Source: Gammaproteobacteria bacterium
GTDB lineage: Bacteria > Pseudomonadota > Gammaproteobacteria > Steroidobacterales > Steroidobacteraceae
Direction: 5' to 3'
Assembly (NCBI GenBank): GCA_037443765.1
Contig: JBBINS010000002.1
Span: 7,820-71,819 of the forward strand
DNA: 64,000 bases
A program made the translations under genes and the position numbers. This document shows positions 40,866 to 49,069 of the stretch, piece after piece. Below the pieces are notes generated by a model that saw only the letters and a program-made list of their open reading frames with translations, did no database searches and was not told where the DNA came from. Each line of letters opens with the position of its first letter. Positions within the stretch are counted from its first letter, which is position 1.

Positions 40866-42038
40866 ATGAGCTTCACCTTCAGCCTACGCCGCATCGCCTG
40901 CATGGCGGTCGCCTATCTTGCGGCGGCGAGCGCCCTCGCGGACGTCCTGCCCGAGGAGCGCGCCGACCTCAGCTGGCGCACCTACGACGGCGGCGGCCTG
41001 AAGGTGGAAGGTCCTGCGATGCTGGTCCGGAAGAACTTCTCCGACAACGTCTCCGTCAGCGCCGGGTACCAGGTCGACCAGGTGACGGGCGCCTCGATCG
41101 ACATGGTCGTGCTCGGCGCGAGCCCGCTGCACGAGGTGCGCAAGCAAAAGCAGCTCGGCGTCGACTACCTGTACGGCAAGACGACCTACAGCGTCGGCGT
41201 CGAGAGCAGCATCGAGAACGACTACGACTCGAGCAACGTCAACGCCGGCATCTCGCAGAGCATGTTCGGTGACCTGACCACGATCACGATCGGCGTCAGC
41301 CGCGGCTGGGACATCATCACGCGCGTCATCAACGCCGCGCACCAGAAGGATCCGAACTTCCGCAAGCGCCTAGACCGCAAGACCTGGTCGCTCGGCGTCT
41401 CGCAGATCCTGACGCGCAACCTGATCGCCGGCTTCGACTACGAGGCGATCACCGAGCAGGGCTATCTGCAGAACCCCTACCGGGCGATCCGCTACCTGGC
41501 CGCACCGGGCTCGACGATCTACCTGACGGCCCCGGAGGTCTTCCCGGGCACCCATACGAGCAACGCAGCCGCATTCAGGCTCAAGTACTTCCTGCCGTGG
41601 CACGCCTCGGTCGCCGGCAAGTACCGCTATTCCTTCGACACCTGGGACATCCGCGCCCAGACCGCCGAGGCCGACTACACACAGCCGTTCTTCGACGAGG
41701 CGCTGATCGCCGACCTGACCTACCGCTACTACAGGCAGAATTCGGCGTCGTTCTACTCGGACCTGTTCCAGTTCGCGAACCAGCAGAACTACATGGCGCG
41801 CGACCGGGAGCTGGCTGCCCAGGACAACAACACCGTCGGCGCCGCCGTGTCCTACGACTTCCTCAAGTCGAAGCACTGGATCGTGAAGAAGGCGTCCGGG
41901 TCGCTGCACTACGACTACATCATGTACAAGTACAAGGACTTCCGCGACGCGACGCAGCGCCAGCTGCCCGCCGGGACGGAGCCGCTCTACCACTACAACG
42001 CCAGCGTCGTGCAGGCGTTCGTCTCGATCTGGTTCTGA
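40866..42038 (+). CDS. DUF3570 domain protein (predicted flavinylated outer-membrane beta-barrel)
   Basis: Signal peptide, beta-strand periodicity and a C-terminal aromatic (..VSIWF). Carries the DQVTGAS motif. Confidence 0.85.
   Translation: MSFTFSLRRIACMAVAYLAAASALADVLPEERADLSWRTYDGGGLKVEGPAMLVRKNFSDNVSVSAGYQVDQVTGASIDMVVLGASPLHEVRKQKQLGVDYLYGKTTYSVGVESSIENDYDSSNVNAGISQSMFGDLTTITIGVSRGWDIITRVINAAHQKDPNFRKRLDRKTWSLGVSQILTRNLIAGFDYEAITEQGYLQNPYRAIRYLAAPGSTIYLTAPEVFPGTHTSNAAAFRLKYFLPWHASVAGKYRYSFDTWDIRAQTAEADYTQPFFDEALIADLTYRYYRQNSASFYSDLFQFANQQNYMARDRELAAQDNNTVGAAVSYDFLKSKHWIVKKASGSLHYDYIMYKYKDFRDATQRQLPAGTEPLYHYNASVVQAFVSIWF
41076..41096 (+). other. Candidate ApbE flavinylation site (DQVTGAS) in DUF3570
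   Basis: The codons gac cag gtg acg ggc gcc tcg match Dxx[ST]GA[ST]. apbE is the convergent neighbouring gene. Confidence 0.6.
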
Positions 42039-42042
42039 GTCG

Positions 42043-42061
42043 GGCGCGCCGGTCGCGCGCC
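42043..42061. terminator. GC hairpin between convergent DUF3570 and apbE genes
   Basis: GGCGCGC-cggtc-GCGCGCC, a 7-bp stem. There is no U-tract on either side. Confidence 0.3.
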
Positions 42062-42062
42062 G

Positions 42063-43040
42063 CTACTTCGGCGGCTCGAGGCCCTTCGTGTACCAGACCT
42101 TGCCGTACTTATCGACGACGACGGCGTCCATCTGCGGATACCGCTCGATCAGCCGGATCCCCTCGATCGGGCCCTTGATGAATACACCCTTCGACCAGCC
42201 CTCGGTGTCGGTCGCGGTCGGGCCGATGATCGTCACGCTACGCACACCGATCGGGCTCTTGCCGGTCTTCGGATCGATGATATGGTGGTACCGGATACCG
42301 CCCTCGTCGAAGAAGCGCTCGTAATCGCCCGACGTCGAAATGCCGACGTCGGCGAGCGGCATGCTGAGGACGACCTTGTTCTTGTTGTCGGGATTGCGGA
42401 TCCCGACGACCCATGGCCTCCCGCGCCGGTCGCCGAGCAGGCGCGTGTCGCCGCCGGCCATCACCATCGCGTGGGCGACCCCGAAACCCTTGAGAATCCC
42501 GACCGCCTGGTCGCAGGCGTAGCCCTTGGCGATGCCGCCGAGATCGATGCGCATGCCCTCGCGCGCGAACTTGACGGTGTGGTGCTCGGCATCAAGCACG
42601 AGGTTGCGGTAGTTGACGCCCGGCAGCGCCGCCTTGATCTCCGCGTCGCTCGGATGGATGTGGCGCGGGTAGTCGTAGAGGTAGCCGACGCTCGCGTAGG
42701 TGATGTCGAACGCGCCCTCCGTGATCTCGGAGTAGTGGATCGAGGTCTTTATCAGGTCGAAGAGCTCGGGATCGACCGCGACCGGCTCGACGGCGGCGTG
42801 CATGTTGATCCGCGAGAGCTGGCTCTCCGGCTTGTAGTGACTCATCAGCTCGTCGATGCGGCGCATGTTGTCCATGACCGCGTCGATCGCCGCCTCGCCC
42901 TGGATCCGGTCGTCGTGCCAGACCTCGACGTAGATGCGGGTCCCCATGATTGATTCTTCGCGATGCAGCCAGTCGGCGCGGGCCGGAGTGACTGCAAACA
43001 GCGACAGTGCGATGGCGAACAGACTCGCGGCAAGCTTCAT
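42063..43040 (-). CDS. apbE: FAD:protein FMN transferase
   Basis: 325 aa with a signal peptide. ApbE family motifs (IMGT..., DLGGIAKGYA, SGDYERFF, HHIIDPKTG). Confidence 0.92.
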   Translation of the reverse strand: MKLAASLFAIALSLFAVTPARADWLHREESIMGTRIYVEVWHDDRIQGEAAIDAVMDNMRRIDELMSHYKPESQLSRINMHAAVEPVAVDPELFDLIKTSIHYSEITEGAFDITYASVGYLYDYPRHIHPSDAEIKAALPGVNYRNLVLDAEHHTVKFAREGMRIDLGGIAKGYACDQAVGILKGFGVAHAMVMAGGDTRLLGDRRGRPWVVGIRNPDNKNKVVLSMPLADVGISTSGDYERFFDEGGIRYHHIIDPKTGKSPIGVRSVTIIGPTATDTEGWSKGVFIKGPIEGIRLIERYPQMDAVVVDKYGKVWYTKGLEPPK

Positions 43041-43181
43041 GTAATTTCTCCGTGGACCGCCATTATCGGCCCGCGGGCGGCGCGACGCAGCCTCAGCGTG
43101 CGGTCGGTTATCATGCGGCCAAGGAACCCGGCGCCGCGTCCGCGGTCATTGAGTAAGAGAAATCATCACAGGGGATCGACC

Positions 43182-44009
43182 ATGACAGCGCGACGCATCG
43201 TCTACACGCTGGTGCTCTTCCTGGCCGCGAACGCCGCGGCCTACGCCGGCAACCGCGAAGAAGCGCGCATCCTCCAGGCGACCCAGGTGTTGCAGGACAC
43301 CCAGGCGATGCCGGACCAGCGCGTGCCGGACTGGCTGCTGCAGCGGGCGCAAGGCATCGCGGTCATCCCGAACGTGGTGAAAGTCGCCTTGATCGCCGGT
43401 GGCCGCGGCGCGAAGGGCATTCTTATGGTGCGCGACCCGCAGGGGCGCTGGAGCAATCCGGTGTTCCTGACCCTTGGCGGTGGCAGCTTCGGGTTCCAGT
43501 GGGGCCTCGAGGTCAGCGACGTCATCCTGGTGTTCACGACCCGGCGCAGCATCGAGGGTGTGACCGGCGGCAAGCTCACGCTCGGCGCCGACGCATCGGT
43601 CGCCGTCGGCCCAATCGGACGCTCGGTCTCCGGGGCGACCGACATCGGGCTCGCCGAGGTGTACTCGTATTCGCAGTCCAAGGGACTGTTCGCCGGCGTC
43701 GCCATCGACGGAACCGTGCTCGCGATCGACCATTCGGCGAACGCGGCGTACTACCAGCGACCGGGCGTGCTGGCCTCGGACATCCTGGCGCCGACCGCCC
43801 CCGCGCCGCCGCCGAGCGCGCAACGGCTGCTTGACGCGCTCCGTCGGTTGCCGAGCGGCGGCGATGGCGTTGCTCCGGCGGCGCGCTCCCCGACGGCGGC
43901 GGCCGGATCGCCTGCCGCTGCGGCGCAGCAAGCGGCGCCGGACGCGCGTGGTTTAGAGTCCGGCGGTGCGACGACGTACCCGCTCAACGACCCTAAGCCG
44001 CACCGCTAG
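43182..44009 (+). CDS. SYLF (Ysc84/DUF500) lipid-binding domain protein with Pro/Ala-rich tail
   Basis: Signal peptide plus SYLF motifs (GIAVIPNVVKVALIAGGRGAKG, GADASVAVGPIGR, YSYSQSKGLFAGV). Confidence 0.85.
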   Translation: MTARRIVYTLVLFLAANAAAYAGNREEARILQATQVLQDTQAMPDQRVPDWLLQRAQGIAVIPNVVKVALIAGGRGAKGILMVRDPQGRWSNPVFLTLGGGSFGFQWGLEVSDVILVFTTRRSIEGVTGGKLTLGADASVAVGPIGRSVSGATDIGLAEVYSYSQSKGLFAGVAIDGTVLAIDHSANAAYYQRPGVLASDILAPTAPAPPPSAQRLLDALRRLPSGGDGVAPAARSPTAAAGSPAAAAQQAAPDARGLESGGATTYPLNDPKPHR

Positions 44010-44103
44010 AGCCCGTTCGACCCTTCCGGCGATCGCGAGCGCCCTGCTCGCCAAGGTGCTGCCGGATGGCCGCTCGGGCGCCCGCTGCGCGGGACGGCGG
44101 CGG

Positions 44104-44600
44104 CCGGTGCAGATCGTCGCCACGCAGCCCGCTGCGACGGACGCGTACGACGATGTGCTCGCGGTGGCACGCGTGCGGATCGGCCGCAACGGCCTCGCCC
44201 GCGATCCGCAGATCGTGTACGCGAACGGGCCCGGCCACGGCGCCGACCTCGTCTTCGGGGTCCTCTCGCGGATCGTGCGCCGCGCTCGGTAGACGCCCGC
44301 CGAGATCGACGGCAAGCCGGTCGAGGTGGACTACTTCGGGTCGTTCCGGGACATCCGCGCAGGACAACCTGCGGCGGGTGCAGACCGCGCTCGTTGCCGC
44401 GGCGAGCGGCCTCGAACACCTCGAACACCGCAACGAGCCGCAGGCACTCGATGCGGCGGCGGCCGGATGCGCCGCCGCCCGCCTGTTCGGTCAGGCGCAG
44501 AATCGGGAGCGGTTGGCGATCAATTGCGCCGCGAACTTGCACTGGACCACGGCCGCGAAGGAGCGACCGCTCGTGAGCTACGGTGCGCACCAGCTTTGGC
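44104..44600 (+). pseudogene. Possible decayed gene (TonB-C-like frame with in-frame TAG and a frame change)
   Basis: The frame of ORF 43966..44292 reads ...IVRRAR, then TAG at 44290..44292, then TPAEIDGKPVEVDYFGSF in the same frame. Protein-like sequence then continues in the +1 frame (QDNLRRVQTALVAAASGLEHL...). No intact ORF covers 44010..44684. Confidence 0.3.
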
Positions 44601-44684
44601 GCGGGGTCTGTTCGACGCGCCGCCGCGCCACTCGCCGATGCCCGCCGGGGAGCCGAGGCCCCGCCGGCGCGACGCGTCGGGCGC

Positions 44685-46967
44685 TCACGGCGAACGGTCG
44701 CCTGCGAGCGGCACCGCGAAGCGCGCGCCGCGAAACGCCGCGTCGTCACGGTCCGTGGCGCGCCGCCGCTCCGGTGCAGCCGCGAGCCGCGTCGCCAGCC
44801 TCGGTACGCCGGCAGACGTCAGCACGCGGACATCGAGCCCGTCGTCGCCGACCTCCGCGATCAGCGTATCGTCCGCCGCCACCGCGAACCGCCGCACCGG
44901 GAACGGCGGCAGGTCGAGGGTGAGCGTCGCGGCTTGTCGCGCCAGTCGGTAGACGTAGCGGCGGTGCCCGGCCGTCCGATCGTATACGCCCCGCAGCGAC
45001 CCGGCGCCGACGCGCACCGAGAAGTCGACTGCTCCGAGCGCCGCCGGCAATCGCGGCGCGAGCAGGATCTCGCCGCGGACGAGATCCGGGCGAACACCCA
45101 GGACGACCTGGTACCAGACCCGTAGGTGCTCGGCGTTCGACCAGGCCTGCAGGAACGTCCCGGTCAGTCGCGGCCACCGCTCCCCGGGGTGCGGGTAGGC
45201 ATCGGACGTCTCCGGCAGGCCGCCGACCACGCCGCGCGCGAGCGCCATCGCGTTCAGCTGGTCGAACAGCGGCCACGCGAGCTCGATCTGGCCGGCCTCG
45301 ACCATCCGCTCGATCGCGATGCCGTCGAGCCACGGCCACACCGTGCCGTTGTGGTAGGCCGCGTCCTTCGGGTAGCTCCCGGGCGCGAGGTGATAGCGGT
45401 GGAAGTTCGGGTCGCGCGGGTCGAGCGTCGCGACACCCCAGGGAAACACGAGCGACTCCCAGCACTGGCGGAGCGCCGCGGCCGATACGGACTCCTCCCG
45501 CAGCAGCGGCAGCGCGAACAGCAGGTTCGGACGCAACGTGTAGTCGGGCCGGCCGTCGGCCATCAGGCGATCCGCGATCCGGGCGCCCGTGGCGTCGACA
45601 AAATCGCGGGCGAACGCGTCGCGGAGCCGGTCGGCAGCGGCCGACCAGCGCCGCGCCGCCGCGTCGTTCCCCGTCGCCGTCGCGAAATCGGCGCCGGCCC
45701 GCAGCTGCTCGTACCAGAGCGCCTGGACGTCGTTGCCGCGCGTGCCGCGCGGCGAGTAGGAAGCGAGGTCTGAGCTGCGCCGGGCGTCCATCCAGGTCTC
45801 GTTGTCGCAATGGACGAGGTACCCGGACGCGTCCGTCCAATGGACGAGCGCACCCTCGATGCTGGCCGCGACGTTCCGGTAGAGATCCCCGATAATCGCG
45901 CGGTCGCCCGAATACCGGACGTAGTCCCGCAACGCGATGACGAAGCGCGGCGTGCCGTCGGTCGTGTGGTAGTCGAGGCTGTCGGCCTTGACGATGTTCG
46001 GCACGCGGCCATAGAACACCGACGCCGGATCCAGATCCTGGAACCGTGCGAACGACTTCAGGATCTGTCGCGCGGTCTCGAAGTGCCCGGTCGCAAGCGC
46101 AGCCCCCGCCAGCGAGACGAACGTGTCCCGGCCCCAGTACTCGTCGAACCACGGCAGGCCGGCGTAGATGCCGGCGCCGCGCTGGCGCGTGACGAGCGCG
46201 TCCGTCGAGAGCGTGATCCAGCGCAGCGCCGCAGTCCGGACCGGATCGTCGGTCGCCAGGAAATGCTCGCCGTTGAGGAGATGCGCGAGCCGGCTCCGTC
46301 GCTCGGACTGCCACTGCTCGGCGTCGCGGAAGCCGGCGGCGAGTAACGCCGCCGCCGCGCCGCGGCTCGACGCGACGGCAATCAGGAACCGCTGGCGGTG
46401 CACGCCCACTGCGACGTGATCCACGCGCCGAGGCGGCGCGGTGGAGCCGGCCACGTACCAGTCGACGCCATTCCGGCTGCCCTCGCTGCGGATCTGGTCG
46501 CCGACGAGTTCGAGGCGGACGGCGCCGGCCACACCGATGACCGCGACCTCGACGAGGTCGCGGTCGTCGAAGAGGCGCAGCATCTCCGTCGTGCCGTTCG
46601 GATACGCCCGGACCAGTGCATCGGGCGAGACCGCGGCGCGGGCCGTGGATGGGTCGAGTGCGGTCCCGTTCACGCTCAGACGGTATTCACTGAAGATGCC
46701 GCGCCCGGCGATGTGGAAGCCGCGGAAGGCGGCGTGCTCGACGTGCGTATTGCGGTGCGTCTGCGTGTAATAGTAGGCGGAGCGCTTGTTCGTGAAGACG
46801 ACCGCGCGGTTGTCTTCCGCGGCCACGGGCACGGTCAGGCTGGCCAGCGTCACGTCACCGCGCGCAGGCATCGGCGGCGGGGACGCCTGTGCGGCGCCGC
46901 ACGCCACCAGGACGATCCAGCGGGCCGCCGACGAGCGACTCTGGCATCGCGCGCTGCTGCGGGTCAC
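44685..46967 (-). CDS. Amylo-alpha-1,6-glucosidase / glycogen-debranching-enzyme-like (GDE_C) protein, predicted lipoprotein
   Basis: GLPWFDEYWGRDTF, ETWMDA and HNGTVWPWL motifs. GTG at 46967 gives (M)TRSSARCQSRSSAARWIVLVAC, a positively charged n-region followed by the lipobox LVAC. Confidence 0.78.
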   Translation of the reverse strand: MTRSSARCQSRSSAARWIVLVACGAAQASPPPMPARGDVTLASLTVPVAAEDNRAVVFTNKRSAYYYTQTHRNTHVEHAAFRGFHIAGRGIFSEYRLSVNGTALDPSTARAAVSPDALVRAYPNGTTEMLRLFDDRDLVEVAVIGVAGAVRLELVGDQIRSEGSRNGVDWYVAGSTAPPRRVDHVAVGVHRQRFLIAVASSRGAAAALLAAGFRDAEQWQSERRSRLAHLLNGEHFLATDDPVRTAALRWITLSTDALVTRQRGAGIYAGLPWFDEYWGRDTFVSLAGAALATGHFETARQILKSFARFQDLDPASVFYGRVPNIVKADSLDYHTTDGTPRFVIALRDYVRYSGDRAIIGDLYRNVAASIEGALVHWTDASGYLVHCDNETWMDARRSSDLASYSPRGTRGNDVQALWYEQLRAGADFATATGNDAAARRWSAAADRLRDAFARDFVDATGARIADRLMADGRPDYTLRPNLLFALPLLREESVSAAALRQCWESLVFPWGVATLDPRDPNFHRYHLAPGSYPKDAAYHNGTVWPWLDGIAIERMVEAGQIELAWPLFDQLNAMALARGVVGGLPETSDAYPHPGERWPRLTGTFLQAWSNAEHLRVWYQVVLGVRPDLVRGEILLAPRLPAALGAVDFSVRVGAGSLRGVYDRTAGHRRYVYRLARQAATLTLDLPPFPVRRFAVAADDTLIAEVGDDGLDVRVLTSAGVPRLATRLAAAPERRRATDRDDAAFRGARFAVPLAGDRSP

Positions 46968-47056
46968 CGGCCGCTCAGACGGTCCGGGCGCCGTCGATGT
47001 CCCTCGGCGGCCGCGAATCCCCGCCCAGCGCTGGATCGCACCGACCGCGGAACACC

Positions 47057-47824
47057 TCAGCCCCCGAGGTCCTGCAGGAAGCGGGCGACGTCCATCCACG
47101 CGCCGGTGCCCGACACGAGGACGGCTGCCACGTTGGTGACAATGACCACCAGTCCGCCATAGACATAGGCCTTGTGTGGCCGCCCGATGGTGCGCCAGTC
47201 GTACACGATCGCGATCACCACGAGCAGCGCGGCGACGATCGTCGGCGGGATCACCACGAACGGTGGCGGCGGCCCCGCCGCCATCGCGCCGGGCGGCGCG
47301 AGAAACGTGACAAAGACGCGCGCGAGTGCGGGGATCATCAGGCCCGACATCAGCACGTACATCAGCCGTTTGTGCACTTCCGGCCTGCGAACGTTCGCGA
47401 TCGCGAGTGCGAAGACCCCGACCATCGTCGGCAGCGTGCAGAGGGCGACCGCGGAGAAGCGCCGCGCCGCGTCGCCGAGGCCACGCGCATCATCGAGCCG
47501 GAGCATGGTGATCTTCAGCACGACGATCGAGCAGATCGTGAGCGTGAACAGCGAAATCCCCGCCAGACCCCACGCGCGATGGGCCGGCACCCGCCCGGCC
47601 GCCACCCAGGCGGTCTGGGCGAGATAGAAGAGCGTCCAGCCGAACAGCAGGAAACCGTGGATGTGTGTGATCGGCGGCGAGCGGAAGGCCCCCTGTGCCA
47701 CCGGCACCCAGTAGGTCGGCGTGAAGCCACCGAATGCGATCAGCACGAAAACCACCGCCATCCACAGGTGGAAGCGCCGGACACCGGATCGAAGTGCCAC
47801 GTCGCCGTTGAGCGTCGCTTCCAT
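47057..47824 (-). CDS. Hypothetical polytopic membrane protein
   Basis: 255 aa from the ATG at 47824 with about 7-8 hydrophobic helices. The upstream part of ORF 47057..48193 is Arg/Gly-rich and non-coding-like. Confidence 0.65.
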   Translation of the reverse strand: MEATLNGDVALRSGVRRFHLWMAVVFVLIAFGGFTPTYWVPVAQGAFRSPPITHIHGFLLFGWTLFYLAQTAWVAAGRVPAHRAWGLAGISLFTLTICSIVVLKITMLRLDDARGLGDAARRFSAVALCTLPTMVGVFALAIANVRRPEVHKRLMYVLMSGLMIPALARVFVTFLAPPGAMAAGPPPPFVVIPPTIVAALLVVIAIVYDWRTIGRPHKAYVYGGLVVIVTNVAAVLVSGTGAWMDVARFLQDLGG

Positions 47825-48008
47825 ACCACCCCCCCGCATAGCCGATCTCGCGGCCGATTGTGCACTGTTGCCGCGTCCTTTGCCGGAGCGAGCGATCCCG
47901 GCCGCGCCGCCAGCCGGGTCGTCCGAATCGAACGATACTGAGGTACCGCATCCGGCGCTCCGGTCGCCGCGCCCGCGGACGGGGATCCCGGTCCGCGGAC
48001 CGACCCCG

Positions 48009-48545
48009 TCAACCCCGCCGCGCGGGCAGGAATCGGCTGTTTCGCAGCAGACCCGCGGACACCACGGATACCAGCCCTCCGACCGGGAAAATCTCCGCGA
48101 AGGCCATCGGCAGGCGGTCGAGAGGATTCGCGTATTCGCTCTCGAACCGTTCCATCTCTGCCGTGAACCGCGCGAGCGCCGCGCCCGTGACACCCTTGGC
48201 CTGTTGCTGCTCGATCATCGCCTTGGCGTAACCCGCGGCGAAATCGACGTGCGTGACCGCGACCGCCGCCTCCCAGGCCAGGACGTACAGGATGCCGGCG
48301 ACGACGCTGATGCCGAGCCCGAGGCCGACGGCGGGCCAGAACCGGATCACCCCGCCGAGGTCGACGTCGCGACGTCGCTTGATCGCTGCGAAGACCGAAC
48401 TGAGCGCGATCAGCATCGTCAGGTAGCCGAGCGCCACGCCGTACTTCAACGGCGGATGGCCGTTCATCGCGACAGTCAGCCCAAATAGCGGTACTCCGGC
48501 GATCAGGCCCGCGATCGCGCCATAGGACAGGATCTTGCGAAGCAT
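48009..48545 (-). CDS. DUF4199-like membrane protein
   Basis: 178 aa from the ATG at 48545. Four hydrophobic helices with a soluble helical insert. Confidence 0.65.
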   Translation of the reverse strand: MLRKILSYGAIAGLIAGVPLFGLTVAMNGHPPLKYGVALGYLTMLIALSSVFAAIKRRRDVDLGGVIRFWPAVGLGLGISVVAGILYVLAWEAAVAVTHVDFAAGYAKAMIEQQQAKGVTGAALARFTAEMERFESEYANPLDRLPMAFAEIFPVGGLVSVVSAGLLRNSRFLPARRG

Positions 48546-48649
48546 TGAGCCCCCCTTCCACAGCCTGGGCGGCCATTGGTCCCGACGGGGTCGGCCTTGG
48601 CAACCATCCAATAGGGTGATTTTCGTGAAATCACCCTCACGGGTGCCCG

Positions 48650-49069
48650 TCAGGGCAAGATCCCCAGCCCGCGCGCCTTGTTGATCGCATCGGTGCGCCG
48701 CTTCGCCCCGAGCTTGCCGAACAACCGTGCGACGTGGGTCTTGATCGTATTCGGCGAGACCTCGAGCCGCGCGGCGATCTCCTTGTTCGAGCGGCCGGCG
48801 GCAATCTCCGGCAGAACCGCGAACTCCGCCGAACTGATGCCGAGGGCGGCCCGCGCCTTCGGGTTGCCGTCGAGGGTTTCCGGCCCCGGCGGTGGGGCGC
48901 CGATGACCCGCGTGCCGATGAAGACGCCGACGACGAGAAAGGCGACCGCGACCACCGCGACGTAGATGTCGGCCGAATGCGACCGTGCCAGACGCTGGTA
49001 GTCGAGCCATTGCAGCGCGAGCGTCCCCGCCGCGAGCACTGCCCCGTAGAACACAATTCGCTGCCACAT
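48650..49069 (-). CDS. Membrane-anchored LuxR-family HTH protein
   Basis: Two N-terminal TM helices, then a LuxR/GerE C-terminal HTH (SSAEFAVLPEIAAGRSNKEIAARLEVSPNTIKTHVARLFGKLG). Confidence 0.8.
   Translation of the reverse strand: MWQRIVFYGAVLAAGTLALQWLDYQRLARSHSADIYVAVVAVAFLVVGVFIGTRVIGAPPPGPETLDGNPKARAALGISSAEFAVLPEIAAGRSNKEIAARLEVSPNTIKTHVARLFGKLGAKRRTDAINKARGLGILP

Noticed and set aside
43629-43640. An SGAT tetrapeptide (..GRSVSGATD..) in the SYLF protein, which is encoded divergently from apbE. I considered it as a possible second flavinylation site.
   Set aside because: The position six residues upstream is Arg, not the Asp of the Dxx[ST]GA[ST] motif. The segment also corresponds to a family-typical GP.GR....A.D stretch of SYLF/Ysc84 domains, so the match is probably coincidental.
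47825-48193. The N-terminal 123-aa extension of ORF 47057..48193 and the similar extension of ORF 48009..49097.
   Set aside because: The extensions are Arg/Gly/Pro-rich and overlap the neighbouring genes. Internal ATGs at 47824 and 48545 give clean hydrophobic N-termini.
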